Shown: positions 56,405 to 64,000 of the stretch, piece by piece
Position numbering within the stretch: position 1 is the first letter of the stretch
Layout of the letters: each line of letters opens with the position of its first letter
Program-made: the position numbers and the translations under genes
Source: Candidatus Hodarchaeota archaeon
GTDB lineage: Archaea > Asgardarchaeota > Lokiarchaeia > Sigyniarchaeales > SOKP01
NCBI GenBank assembly: GCA_048886685.1
Contig: JBHLKM010000007.1
Location: 96,001-160,000 of the forward strand
Direction: 5' to 3'
Length of the DNA: 64,000 nt
Notes under the pieces: generated by a model
The model's input: only the letters and a program-made list of their open reading frames with translations
The model's database searches: none
What the model was told of the DNA's origin: nothing

Positions 56405-56902
56405 ATGAGTGTAATTAATTTTCAGTTTCGGAATGAAGTATTGAAACATAATGCCTCATTGAGCTATTGCTATCAATGTAGCACATGTAGTGGTGGCTGC
56501 CCTGTTGCTTTATTAACAAATGGAAAGTATAATCCTAGAAAGATTATTGAAGAAGCAATTTTGGGTCTTCAAGATAAATTGGTGGAGAAACAAGAACCAA
56601 ATTCATGGTTATGTTCAACCTGTCAAAAATGTGTTGAATTATGTCCTCAGAAAGTTGAACTTACTGAGATATTCACTTTAATTAAAAACTTATGTTTTGA
56701 GAGTGGAAAAGTACCTGACGCCTTCATAGCTCAAGGTCAAGCAGTTTTAGACCATGGAGTTGCTATACCATACAGTAAAGCAATATTAACGCGGAGAGAG
56801 AAATTAGGTCTTCCTACAATCAAAACAGCTCCATTAGACGAGATTAAGAAGATTTTAATTGAGACTAATTTTGAAAAAAACATCCCAAAGAGGGCTGAAT
56901 AA
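56405..56902 (+). CDS. hdrC: Heterodisulfide reductase subunit C
   Basis: CYQCSTCSGGCP, WLCSTCQKCVELCP. Confidence 0.92.
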   Translation: MSVINFQFRNEVLKHNASLSYCYQCSTCSGGCPVALLTNGKYNPRKIIEEAILGLQDKLVEKQEPNSWLCSTCQKCVELCPQKVELTEIFTLIKNLCFESGKVPDAFIAQGQAVLDHGVAIPYSKAILTRREKLGLPTIKTAPLDEIKKILIETNFEKNIPKRAE

Positions 56903-56905
56903 AAG

Positions 56906-57781
56906 ATGGCGTACGATCTATTTTTAGGTTGTGTGATTCCAGCAAGGTTACCATATTTAGAAACCTCGTCAAGAAAGGTGTTTGAAAAACTCGGTATTAA
57001 GCTGAATGATGTTGATGGTTTTAGTTGCTGTCCTGATCCAACAGGCATAGAACTAATCGATCATAAAACTTGGCTAGCTTTAGGAGCGAGGAATTTAAGT
57101 CTCTGTAATACTAATGGTGGTGTAGTATCATTTTGTTCTGGTTGTGTGGAAACATTAAAGGGTGTAAATTATGCTATTAATAAAGATTCTCATGCAAAAG
57201 AAGAAGTAAATCAAGTTTTAAAAAAGGTAGGAAAATCTTATGATGGAAAAGTTGAAGTGAAGCATTTTGCTGAGATACTCTATGAATATTTGGATAAAGT
57301 TAAGGCATATGTAGAAAAACCCTTAGATGGCTTCAAGGTCGCGGTACATTATGGATGCCATTATTTAAGACCATCAGAAATAATAAACTGGGATGACCCA
57401 TTTGAACCAAAAACAGTAGATGAAATAGTTAGAGCGCTTGGAGCAGAATCTGTAGATTATGAAATGAAAATGGAATGTTGTGGAAACCCGGTGGAGAAAT
57501 CTGATAAAGATTTATCTCTCTTAATGATTGATCAGAAGCTTAAAGCAATTCAAGAAGTAGGCGCTAATTGTGTTGTTGTGGTTTGTCCAGCATGCTATCA
57601 GCAATATGAGTTTAATCAGAGGGAACTCAATAAGAAAAATGAATCAACTTATGATTTTCCAGTATTCTATTTATCAGAATTAGTTGCCTTAGCATTTGGA
57701 TTTAAACCGGAAGAATTAGGGTTCAATTTTCATAGAATCAGACCCGCTCAATTATTTGAGAGTATTGAATTTACTCCTTAA
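56906..57781 (+). CDS. hdrB: Heterodisulfide reductase subunit B
   Basis: FLGC, FSCCP, CSGC, HYGCHYLRP, CCG, CPAC..Q (CCG domains). Confidence 0.94.
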   Translation: MAYDLFLGCVIPARLPYLETSSRKVFEKLGIKLNDVDGFSCCPDPTGIELIDHKTWLALGARNLSLCNTNGGVVSFCSGCVETLKGVNYAINKDSHAKEEVNQVLKKVGKSYDGKVEVKHFAEILYEYLDKVKAYVEKPLDGFKVAVHYGCHYLRPSEIINWDDPFEPKTVDEIVRALGAESVDYEMKMECCGNPVEKSDKDLSLLMIDQKLKAIQEVGANCVVVVCPACYQQYEFNQRELNKKNESTYDFPVFYLSELVALAFGFKPEELGFNFHRIRPAQLFESIEFTP

Positions 57782-57823
57782 ATTTTTAATTTCATAAAAA
57801 AATAAATTAGGATTTGAAAGGAT

Positions 57824-58948
57824 ATGACAGAAATTAAGCCTAAAAAAACTGTACTAAAAGATGTTAAAATCTTCAAGGATCTTGAAGATGAGATTATCAA
57901 AACCAATAAATGCTGTGCCTGTGGTGCATGTGTAGCCTACTGCAACTCACAGGGTTTTGATGTTATCAAAATGGAGGGTTATACCCCTCAATTCATTTCT
58001 GATGCAAATGTAGATAATTGTAAGGAATGTGGTCTCTGTTATTATATTTGCCCTCAAACTTTACCTTTAATGAAACAAATAAATGAAGTATATCGCATTA
58101 AAGATGAGCTTGGATATATTCGAGATGTTGTTGCCGCAAAAACTGCCGATGAGAAAATTCGAGAAATAGGGCAAGATGGAGGGATGGTAACTACTCTTTT
58201 AATGTATCTGTTTGATAAAAACAAAATTGATGCTGCGATTGTATCAGAATATAATGAAAACTTACGACCAATTCCAAAAATAATCTATAATAAAGAAGAA
58301 CTGTTAAAATCTTCTGGAACGCGATATTCTATATCATCGAATATCTTACCGTTACAAGATCTTTATAGTATAGTAGAAGAAATTGTAGAAAAACAGCATC
58401 AAATTTATGATATTAATCAAATTCGCATGGCTTTTGTAGGAACTCCTTGTCAATGTAGAGCTGTTCGGAAAATGCAACTTCTGAATATTAGCCCTACACA
58501 TGTGATTAAATATGTGTTTGGCTTATTCTGTATGGAAAACTTTGATTATGAGAAGTTATTCGAGCTCGTAAAAAAAGAGACTAATGAGGTCCCTACAAAT
58601 ATAGTCAAAATGAATATTAAGAAGAACTTTTTCATAACAAATAAAGAAAATAAAGTTTTTGAAGTTGAACTCAAGAAGTTTGATGATGCCGTAAGAAATC
58701 ATTGCCATGAATGTGATGAATTCACAAGTAGATTTGCGGATATCAGTTTTGGTGGTTCTGGAGCCGTACAACAAAATTCAATGGTAGTGATTCGTACAGA
58801 AAAAGGTCAAGATTTAATTAGAGATGCTATTATCGCTGGTTATATTAATAAATTTACTCCTAAAAAGTCTACAATTGACGAATGGAAAGCTAGTAAGATA
58901 GACCTGTTTAGAAGAATGACAAATAACAAAATTAAAAAACAAAAATAG
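57824..58948 (+). CDS. F420-binding FrhB/FdhB-family subunit with N-terminal ferredoxin
   Basis: CCACGACV, CKECGLCYYICP, QDGG.VT, GTRY, VGTPCQ, GLFCMENF, CHEC..F...ADISFG. Confidence 0.9.
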   Translation: MTEIKPKKTVLKDVKIFKDLEDEIIKTNKCCACGACVAYCNSQGFDVIKMEGYTPQFISDANVDNCKECGLCYYICPQTLPLMKQINEVYRIKDELGYIRDVVAAKTADEKIREIGQDGGMVTTLLMYLFDKNKIDAAIVSEYNENLRPIPKIIYNKEELLKSSGTRYSISSNILPLQDLYSIVEEIVEKQHQIYDINQIRMAFVGTPCQCRAVRKMQLLNISPTHVIKYVFGLFCMENFDYEKLFELVKKETNEVPTNIVKMNIKKNFFITNKENKVFEVELKKFDDAVRNHCHECDEFTSRFADISFGGSGAVQQNSMVVIRTEKGQDLIRDAIIAGYINKFTPKKSTIDEWKASKIDLFRRMTNNKIKKQK

Positions 58949-58957
58949 GTGAAAAAA

Positions 58958-60262
58958 ATGGGAGAAGATTCGAAATCAGTTGTTATAATTGGAGCGGGAA
59001 TTGCCGGTATTCAAGCCGCTTTGGATTTAGGGGATATGGGAATACAAGTACATCTTATTGAGAAACAACCTTGTATTGGAGGGAGAATGGCTCAATTGGA
59101 TAAGACTTTCCCTACACTTGACTGCTCAATTTGTATCCTTGCTCCAAAACTATCAGAATGTTATAGACATCCTAACATTACACTCCATACTCTTTCAGAA
59201 GTTCAAAAAGTAGAGGGTTCAATTGGTAATTTTACAGTAGATGTTTTAAAACATGCGAGATATGTGAAGGAGGGGGTATGTACCAATTGTGGAGATTGCG
59301 CTGATATATGTCCAGTTCGAGGAATTGCCAATTTCTTCGATGCTAACCTAGCAACTCAATCAGCTGCTCAAATAGCTTTTCCTGCAGCGGTTCCTGCCAC
59401 TTATCGTATTGATCCAAGCAAATGTCTATATTTAAATTATGAAATTTGCGGATTGTGTTATCAAAATTGTGGTGCGGATGCGATTGATTTCACGCAAAAA
59501 GATTCTGTACTTAGCTTAGATAATGTTGGAGCAATTATAGTCGCAACCGGTTTAGATTTAGCAGAAGATATACATACATTAAATATCTATGGCTATCAAA
59601 AATATGATAATGTAGTCACAGCAATGGAGCTCGAGAGATTAATCTGTGCCTCAGGACCACAAGCCGGTCATTTGGCAAGATTAACTGATGGGAAGCACCC
59701 TAAAAAAATCGCATTTCTCCAATGTATTGATTCACGTTCTCAAAAAGGACAAATGTATTGTTCCTCTGTTTGTTGCATGTATACTACAAAGGAAGCTATG
59801 ATAGCTTATGAACATGACAATGAATTGGAATCTTATGTTTTTTATATTGATATGAGAGCAGGAGGGAAAGGATTTCAAAAATTCTTACACCGGGGTGCCG
59901 AAGAATATAATATTAAGTATATTAAAAGTAAGATTTCTCACATAGAAGTAGATGAGAATGAAAATCCAATCATTACCTATGAAGATTATGAAACATCTGA
60001 AATAAAACAATTAACTGTAGATTTGGTTGTATTAGCAACCTGTATAATCCCGTCGAGAGGGATTTCTAAATTATCAGAAGTGTTAGGTATTGATTTAGAT
60101 CATTACGATTTTGTGAAAACAAATCCATTTATGCCTGTAGAAACAAGTATAGAGGGAATTTATACTTGTGGCTGTGCTCGCGAACCAATGGATATACCCC
60201 GCTCTGTTGCTGAAGCTAGTGGAGCTGCAGCACGGGCGGCAGAAGTAATTAAGGGAGGTTAA
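58958..60262 (+). CDS. hdrA: HdrA-like flavoprotein (FAD module with inserted ferredoxin, no N-terminal CxC domain)
   Basis: IGAGIAG, GGRMAQLDKTFPTLDCSIC, LQCIDSR, YCSSVCCMY, PMDIP; ATG 58958 follows an AGGTGA Shine-Dalgarno-like site. Confidence 0.9.
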   Translation: MGEDSKSVVIIGAGIAGIQAALDLGDMGIQVHLIEKQPCIGGRMAQLDKTFPTLDCSICILAPKLSECYRHPNITLHTLSEVQKVEGSIGNFTVDVLKHARYVKEGVCTNCGDCADICPVRGIANFFDANLATQSAAQIAFPAAVPATYRIDPSKCLYLNYEICGLCYQNCGADAIDFTQKDSVLSLDNVGAIIVATGLDLAEDIHTLNIYGYQKYDNVVTAMELERLICASGPQAGHLARLTDGKHPKKIAFLQCIDSRSQKGQMYCSSVCCMYTTKEAMIAYEHDNELESYVFYIDMRAGGKGFQKFLHRGAEEYNIKYIKSKISHIEVDENENPIITYEDYETSEIKQLTVDLVVLATCIIPSRGISKLSEVLGIDLDHYDFVKTNPFMPVETSIEGIYTCGCAREPMDIPRSVAEASGAAARAAEVIKGG

Positions 60263-60269
60263 GATTAAA

Positions 60270-61949
60270 ATGTCTGAAAAAGAAGAAGAACCGCGAATTG
60301 GAGTATTTGTGTGTAGTTGTGGCTCAAACATCGGTGGACTTATAGATATTAAAGCCCTTGCCGAATACGCTAAGACTTTACCCAATGTCGTCTTTACTGA
60401 AGATAATCTTTATACTTGCAGTGAAACAGGATTAGCACAGATTAAGAATGGTATAAAAGACCATAATCTAAATCGTGTGATAGTTGCATCATGCACACCA
60501 AGAACACATGAACCTCTTTTCCGGGATTGTGTTGAGGAAGAAGGTGTAAACGAGTATCTCTTTAATTTCGTGAATATACGAGACCAAAATACATGGTGTC
60601 ATCAGAAATACCCAGAAGAAGCGTTTGAGAAGGCCAAAGACTTAATCCGTATGGGCGTAGCAAAGGCAAGTAAGCTGGAGGCGCTAGAAAATATTACTGT
60701 AGATGCGACCCCAACTGCTTTAGTAATTGGTGGGGGCGTTTCAGGAATGACTGCTGCGCTTAGTTTGGCAAATCAAGGATTTGAAACACATTTAGTTGAA
60801 AGAGAAAATGAATTAGGTGGAAGGTTAAGAACACTTTATAAATTATTCCCTAATGATCAGGAAGCACATGTACTATTGGATAATCTTAAGAAAAATGTGG
60901 AAAGTAATCCAAACCTGACAGTCCATCTTTCAAGCCAAGTTAAGGACGTAAATGGTTATATAGGTAATTTTGAAGTAGAAGTAGAAACAAATGAAGATAA
61001 GATAAATTTACCTATTGGGGTTATTCTCGTAGCCGTTGGATCTTCTCTTCTTCCACCAACTGGAAAATATGGCTACGATGGTAATATACGGATTACTCAA
61101 CATGAATTAGAGGGTAAATTAAAAAATAATGAAGTTAAAGCCAAGGATGTTGTAATGATACAATGCGTTGGTGCTCGCAATGATGAGAGGGCTTATTGTT
61201 CAAACGTATGTTGTATGACTGCCTTGAAAAATGCCTTAATTATAAAGGAGAATAATCCTGAGGCAAATATAACAATATTATTTAGGGATCTTTATACCCC
61301 TGGAACATATTATGAAGATTATTATAGAAGGGCACGGGAAGAAGGAATTATCTTTATGGAATATAATCTTGAGAAAAAACCACAAGTAGAAGAAAATCAG
61401 ATTAAATTTTATAATGAATACTTAGGAGAGGAAATGATTGTTCCTTACGATCTTCTTGTGTTATCAACACCCTTAGTTGCGAATAATGATAATAAAGCAC
61501 TTGCCCAAATGTTAAAAGTGCCATTAGAAGAAAACCAATTCTTTTTAGAAGCTCATGTTAAATTACGTCCGATGGATTTTGCGACGGATGGAGTTTATGT
61601 CTGTGGCTCGGCTAAATGGCCAGTAGATATCATCGAATCTATAACCCAAGGGTACGCAGCAGCATCAAGGGCAAGTACAATTATTTCTCACGATACTGTA
61701 GAGGTTGAAGGTGCCACTTCATTCTTACCTGATTATAATAAAGCCCTATGCAGCGGCTGCGAAGTGTGTATAACTGTATGCCCTTATAAAGCAATAAGTA
61801 AGAATGAAGATGATGAGATTGAAATTACTCAAGTACTTTGTAAAGGCTGCGGAGTATGCGGTGCCACTTGTACAAATCATGCGATAATAATTAGGCATTT
61901 TACAGATGAGCAAATATTATCTGAAATTTATGCATTTGGAGGGAAATAA
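60270..61949 (+). CDS. hdrA: HdrA-like flavoprotein (N-terminal domain, FAD module, C-terminal ferredoxin)
   Basis: RIGVFVCSCGSNI, ASCTPRTHE, IGGGVSG, QCVGAR, YCSNVCC, CSGCEVC...CKGCGVC. Confidence 0.92.
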   Translation: MSEKEEEPRIGVFVCSCGSNIGGLIDIKALAEYAKTLPNVVFTEDNLYTCSETGLAQIKNGIKDHNLNRVIVASCTPRTHEPLFRDCVEEEGVNEYLFNFVNIRDQNTWCHQKYPEEAFEKAKDLIRMGVAKASKLEALENITVDATPTALVIGGGVSGMTAALSLANQGFETHLVERENELGGRLRTLYKLFPNDQEAHVLLDNLKKNVESNPNLTVHLSSQVKDVNGYIGNFEVEVETNEDKINLPIGVILVAVGSSLLPPTGKYGYDGNIRITQHELEGKLKNNEVKAKDVVMIQCVGARNDERAYCSNVCCMTALKNALIIKENNPEANITILFRDLYTPGTYYEDYYRRAREEGIIFMEYNLEKKPQVEENQIKFYNEYLGEEMIVPYDLLVLSTPLVANNDNKALAQMLKVPLEENQFFLEAHVKLRPMDFATDGVYVCGSAKWPVDIIESITQGYAAASRASTIISHDTVEVEGATSFLPDYNKALCSGCEVCITVCPYKAISKNEDDEIEITQVLCKGCGVCGATCTNHAIIIRHFTDEQILSEIYAFGGK

Positions 61950-61950
61950 A

Positions 61951-62712
61951 ATGACTTTCGAACCAAAAATTCTGGGATTTTTATGTAATTGGTGTTGTTA
62001 TGCAGGAGCGGATTTAGCAGGAGTCAGTAGAATGCAATATCCCCCAAATATCCGAGTTATTCGTGTAATGTGCTCTGGAAGAATCGATCCCAAGTTTATT
62101 TTCGAATCTCTTCGAGTCGGTGCTGATGGAGTCTTTATTGGAGGCTGCCACTTAGGAGATTGCCATTATCTCGAAGGGAATTATGAAGCTGTGAAAAAAT
62201 TTGAAATGGTACAAAAATTTCTTAAGCTTGTAAATTTAGATAATAGAGTAAAACTAGAATGGGTATCTGCTTCAGAAGGTGCGAGATACGCTTCAGTTAT
62301 TACAGAATTTACAGAACATATAAGATCATTAGGTCCATCCCCAGCAGGTGGAGACAATCCCGATGAGGAATTACTTGATAAACTGAGAGCTATGGAAGAT
62401 GCTGCTGGAGACGACCGGATGAGAGCACTTGTAGGGAGAGAGAGAAAGATTACAGAGCAAGAAAATGTGTATGGTGAGCAAGTTTCGATTGAAAAATTTA
62501 ATGAGATATTTGATTCAGCAATTATGGAAGAATATGAACGAAATAGAATTCTAATTTCATTAGAAAAAGATGAAAAGTCTGTAAAGGATTTAGCAGCTGA
62601 ATTAGAAATAGATCCAAGTATAGTACTAGAACATATGACAATTTTAAAAACTCGAGGTCTTGTTGACTTTGGAAAATTTGTTGGAATTACTCCAATGTTT
62701 CATAGGATGTAA
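61951..62712 (+). CDS. mvhD: MvhD [2Fe-2S] subunit with C-terminal winged-helix extension
   Basis: FLCNWCCYAGAD, RVMCSGR, GGCHLGDCHY, WVSASEG; extra 110 aa or so ending in a wHTH; ATG at 61951. Confidence 0.9.
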   Translation: MTFEPKILGFLCNWCCYAGADLAGVSRMQYPPNIRVIRVMCSGRIDPKFIFESLRVGADGVFIGGCHLGDCHYLEGNYEAVKKFEMVQKFLKLVNLDNRVKLEWVSASEGARYASVITEFTEHIRSLGPSPAGGDNPDEELLDKLRAMEDAAGDDRMRALVGRERKITEQENVYGEQVSIEKFNEIFDSAIMEEYERNRILISLEKDEKSVKDLAAELEIDPSIVLEHMTILKTRGLVDFGKFVGITPMFHRM

Positions 62713-62724
62713 GGAGGTAAAAAG

Positions 62725-64000
62725 ATGGAAAAAGTAGGAGCAGTAATGGTTGTAGGCGCTGGAATTGGAGGATCCCAAGCAGCGCTAGATTTAGGAGATT
62801 CTGGCTATAAAGTTTACTTAATTGAGTCATCAACAAGCATTGGTGGCGTAATGGCTCAATTGGATAAAACTTTTCCCACAAATGACTGCGCAATGTGTAT
62901 CGTGAGTCCTAAGCTTGTGGAAACGGGTAGACACCAGAACATTGATTTGAGCATCAATTGCGAAATCTTGGATGTCTCAGGGGAAGCAGGTAACTTCACA
63001 GTTAAAGTAAAAAAGAATTCTTTGTATATCAATCCCGATAAATGCACTGGTTGTGGTGTTTGTGGGCAGAATTGTCCAGTTGAAGCAATAGATATATTCA
63101 ATGAAGGATTAGCGAAATATGCTGCAACTTCAGTAAAATATCCACAAGCAGTTCCACTCGTTTATGCAATCAATAAAAAGCATTGTATAGGTTGTGGAGT
63201 GTGTGCGGGAGTTTGTAAGGCTAAAGCAGTAGAATATGATCGAAAGGATGAGATTGTCGATCTAAACATTGGAGCTATTGTTCTAGCACCAGGATTTGAT
63301 GAATATGTTCCCCCAGAAGTTAATAAATACGGTTATGGTAAATTTAAGAACGTTGTATCAAGTATCGAGTTTGAGCGGATATTATCTGCATCTGGACCAT
63401 ATGCAGGGAGAGTTATAAGACCTTCTGATGGAGACATACCAGAAAAGGTAGCGTTTCTTCAATGTGTTGGCTCACGAGATTACACGGGAGATGGACAGCC
63501 CTATTGTTCTTCGGTTTGTTGTATGTATACTGCTAAGGAGGCTGTAATTGCTCATGAACATCAACATGAAGTAAAACCCACCATTTTTAGTATGGATATT
63601 AGAGCCTATGGAAAAGATTTTGATAAATATATAATTAGAGCTCAAGAAGAATATGGTATCAGGTATGTAAGGAGCCGAATTTCATCTATAGATGAAAATC
63701 CCGAGAAAAAAGATTTAATTTTAAGATATGAAACTGAAGATGGAAAAGTAGTGGAAGAAAATTATAATATGGTTGTGTTAGGTGTTGGACTTAATCCGCC
63801 CAATGATGCAGAATATCTTGCGGAAAAATTTGGAATTGAATTAAATGAATATAAATTTGCTAATACTGACATTTTTAATCCGGTACAGACTACGAAGCCA
63901 GGTATTTTTGCATGTGGAGCATTTTCTCAACCTAAAGACATTCCTGAAACTGTTACTCAAGCAAGTGCCGCTGCTGGATGTGTGAATCAACTTTTATATG
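62725..64000 (+). CDS. hdrA: Third HdrA-like flavoprotein (3' truncated by window end; not in ORF track)
   Basis: Manual translation MEKVGAVMVVGAGIGG..GGVMAQLDKTFPTNDCAMC, CTGCGVC, FLQCVGSRD, YCSSVCCMY, QPKDIPETV; AGGAGGT Shine-Dalgarno site upstream. Confidence 0.92.
   Translation, partial: MEKVGAVMVVGAGIGGSQAALDLGDSGYKVYLIESSTSIGGVMAQLDKTFPTNDCAMCIVSPKLVETGRHQNIDLSINCEILDVSGEAGNFTVKVKKNSLYINPDKCTGCGVCGQNCPVEAIDIFNEGLAKYAATSVKYPQAVPLVYAINKKHCIGCGVCAGVCKAKAVEYDRKDEIVDLNIGAIVLAPGFDEYVPPEVNKYGYGKFKNVVSSIEFERILSASGPYAGRVIRPSDGDIPEKVAFLQCVGSRDYTGDGQPYCSSVCCMYTAKEAVIAHEHQHEVKPTIFSMDIRAYGKDFDKYIIRAQEEYGIRYVRSRISSIDENPEKKDLILRYETEDGKVVEENYNMVVLGVGLNPPNDAEYLAEKFGIELNEYKFANTDIFNPVQTTKPGIFACGAFSQPKDIPETVTQASAAAGCVNQLLY

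Noticed and set aside
2234-63101. Numerous short antisense or overlapping ORFs in the track (e.g. 2679-2990, 10313-10615, 28695-29225, 30398-30751, 32954-33391, 38849-39193, 62856-63101)
   Set aside because: They lie opposite well-supported genes and have shadow-ORF composition; the three similar ones in the kinase genes merely mirror the paralogous sense strands
58949-64000. Selenocysteine (in-frame TGA) in HdrA/MvhD, as known for some Lokiarchaeia
   Set aside because: The candidate positions are all Cys codons here (DCSIC, DCAMC, CNWCC, GDCHY), and the frames inspected show no in-frame TGA
1-64000. tRNA, rRNA, CRISPR array or intact IS element
   Set aside because: No GC-rich structured RNA segment, regularly spaced repeat array or full transposase was seen by eye; a covariance-model search would be needed to exclude small RNAs

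Overview
AT-rich archaeal chromosomal window, very probably from an Asgard archaeon of the Lokiarchaeia type. This is inferred from archaeal informational genes (rpoD-rpl18e-rpl13-rps9, aEF-1beta, RIO2, Sm-like protein, archaeal TyrS) occurring with several Rab-like small GTPases, expanded soluble PAS histidine kinases, bacterial-type MutS/MutL and an Hdr/Mvh cluster. Housekeeping and metabolic content includes trmI, glyA, aroA/aroC, a Clp1-like kinase, a 2-oxoacid:ferredoxin oxidoreductase split by three kinase genes, two ino1 paralogs, iorAB, and hdrCB-frhB-like-hdrA-hdrA-mvhD-hdrA. Two candidates for undescribed systems stand out. (1) A circularly permuted ATP-grasp ligase is co-transcribed with an M14-like zinc carboxypeptidase (14179-16797), which looks like a peptide-tag writer/eraser pair. 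(2) A gap-free three-gene unit encodes a 1124-aa single-pass surface protein, a CxxC/His-domain winged-helix protein and a Rab-like GTPase, and converges on a second protein with the same CxxC/His domain (44315-49851). Features missing from the ORF track are a 58-aa zinc-ribbon gene (43908-44084), a decayed iorB 3' duplicate (50061-50243), a start-less HTH-like reading frame (51447-51833) and a third hdrA running off the window end. No rRNA, tRNA, CRISPR array or intact mobile element was recognised. All calls come from motif reading by eye; no database search was run.
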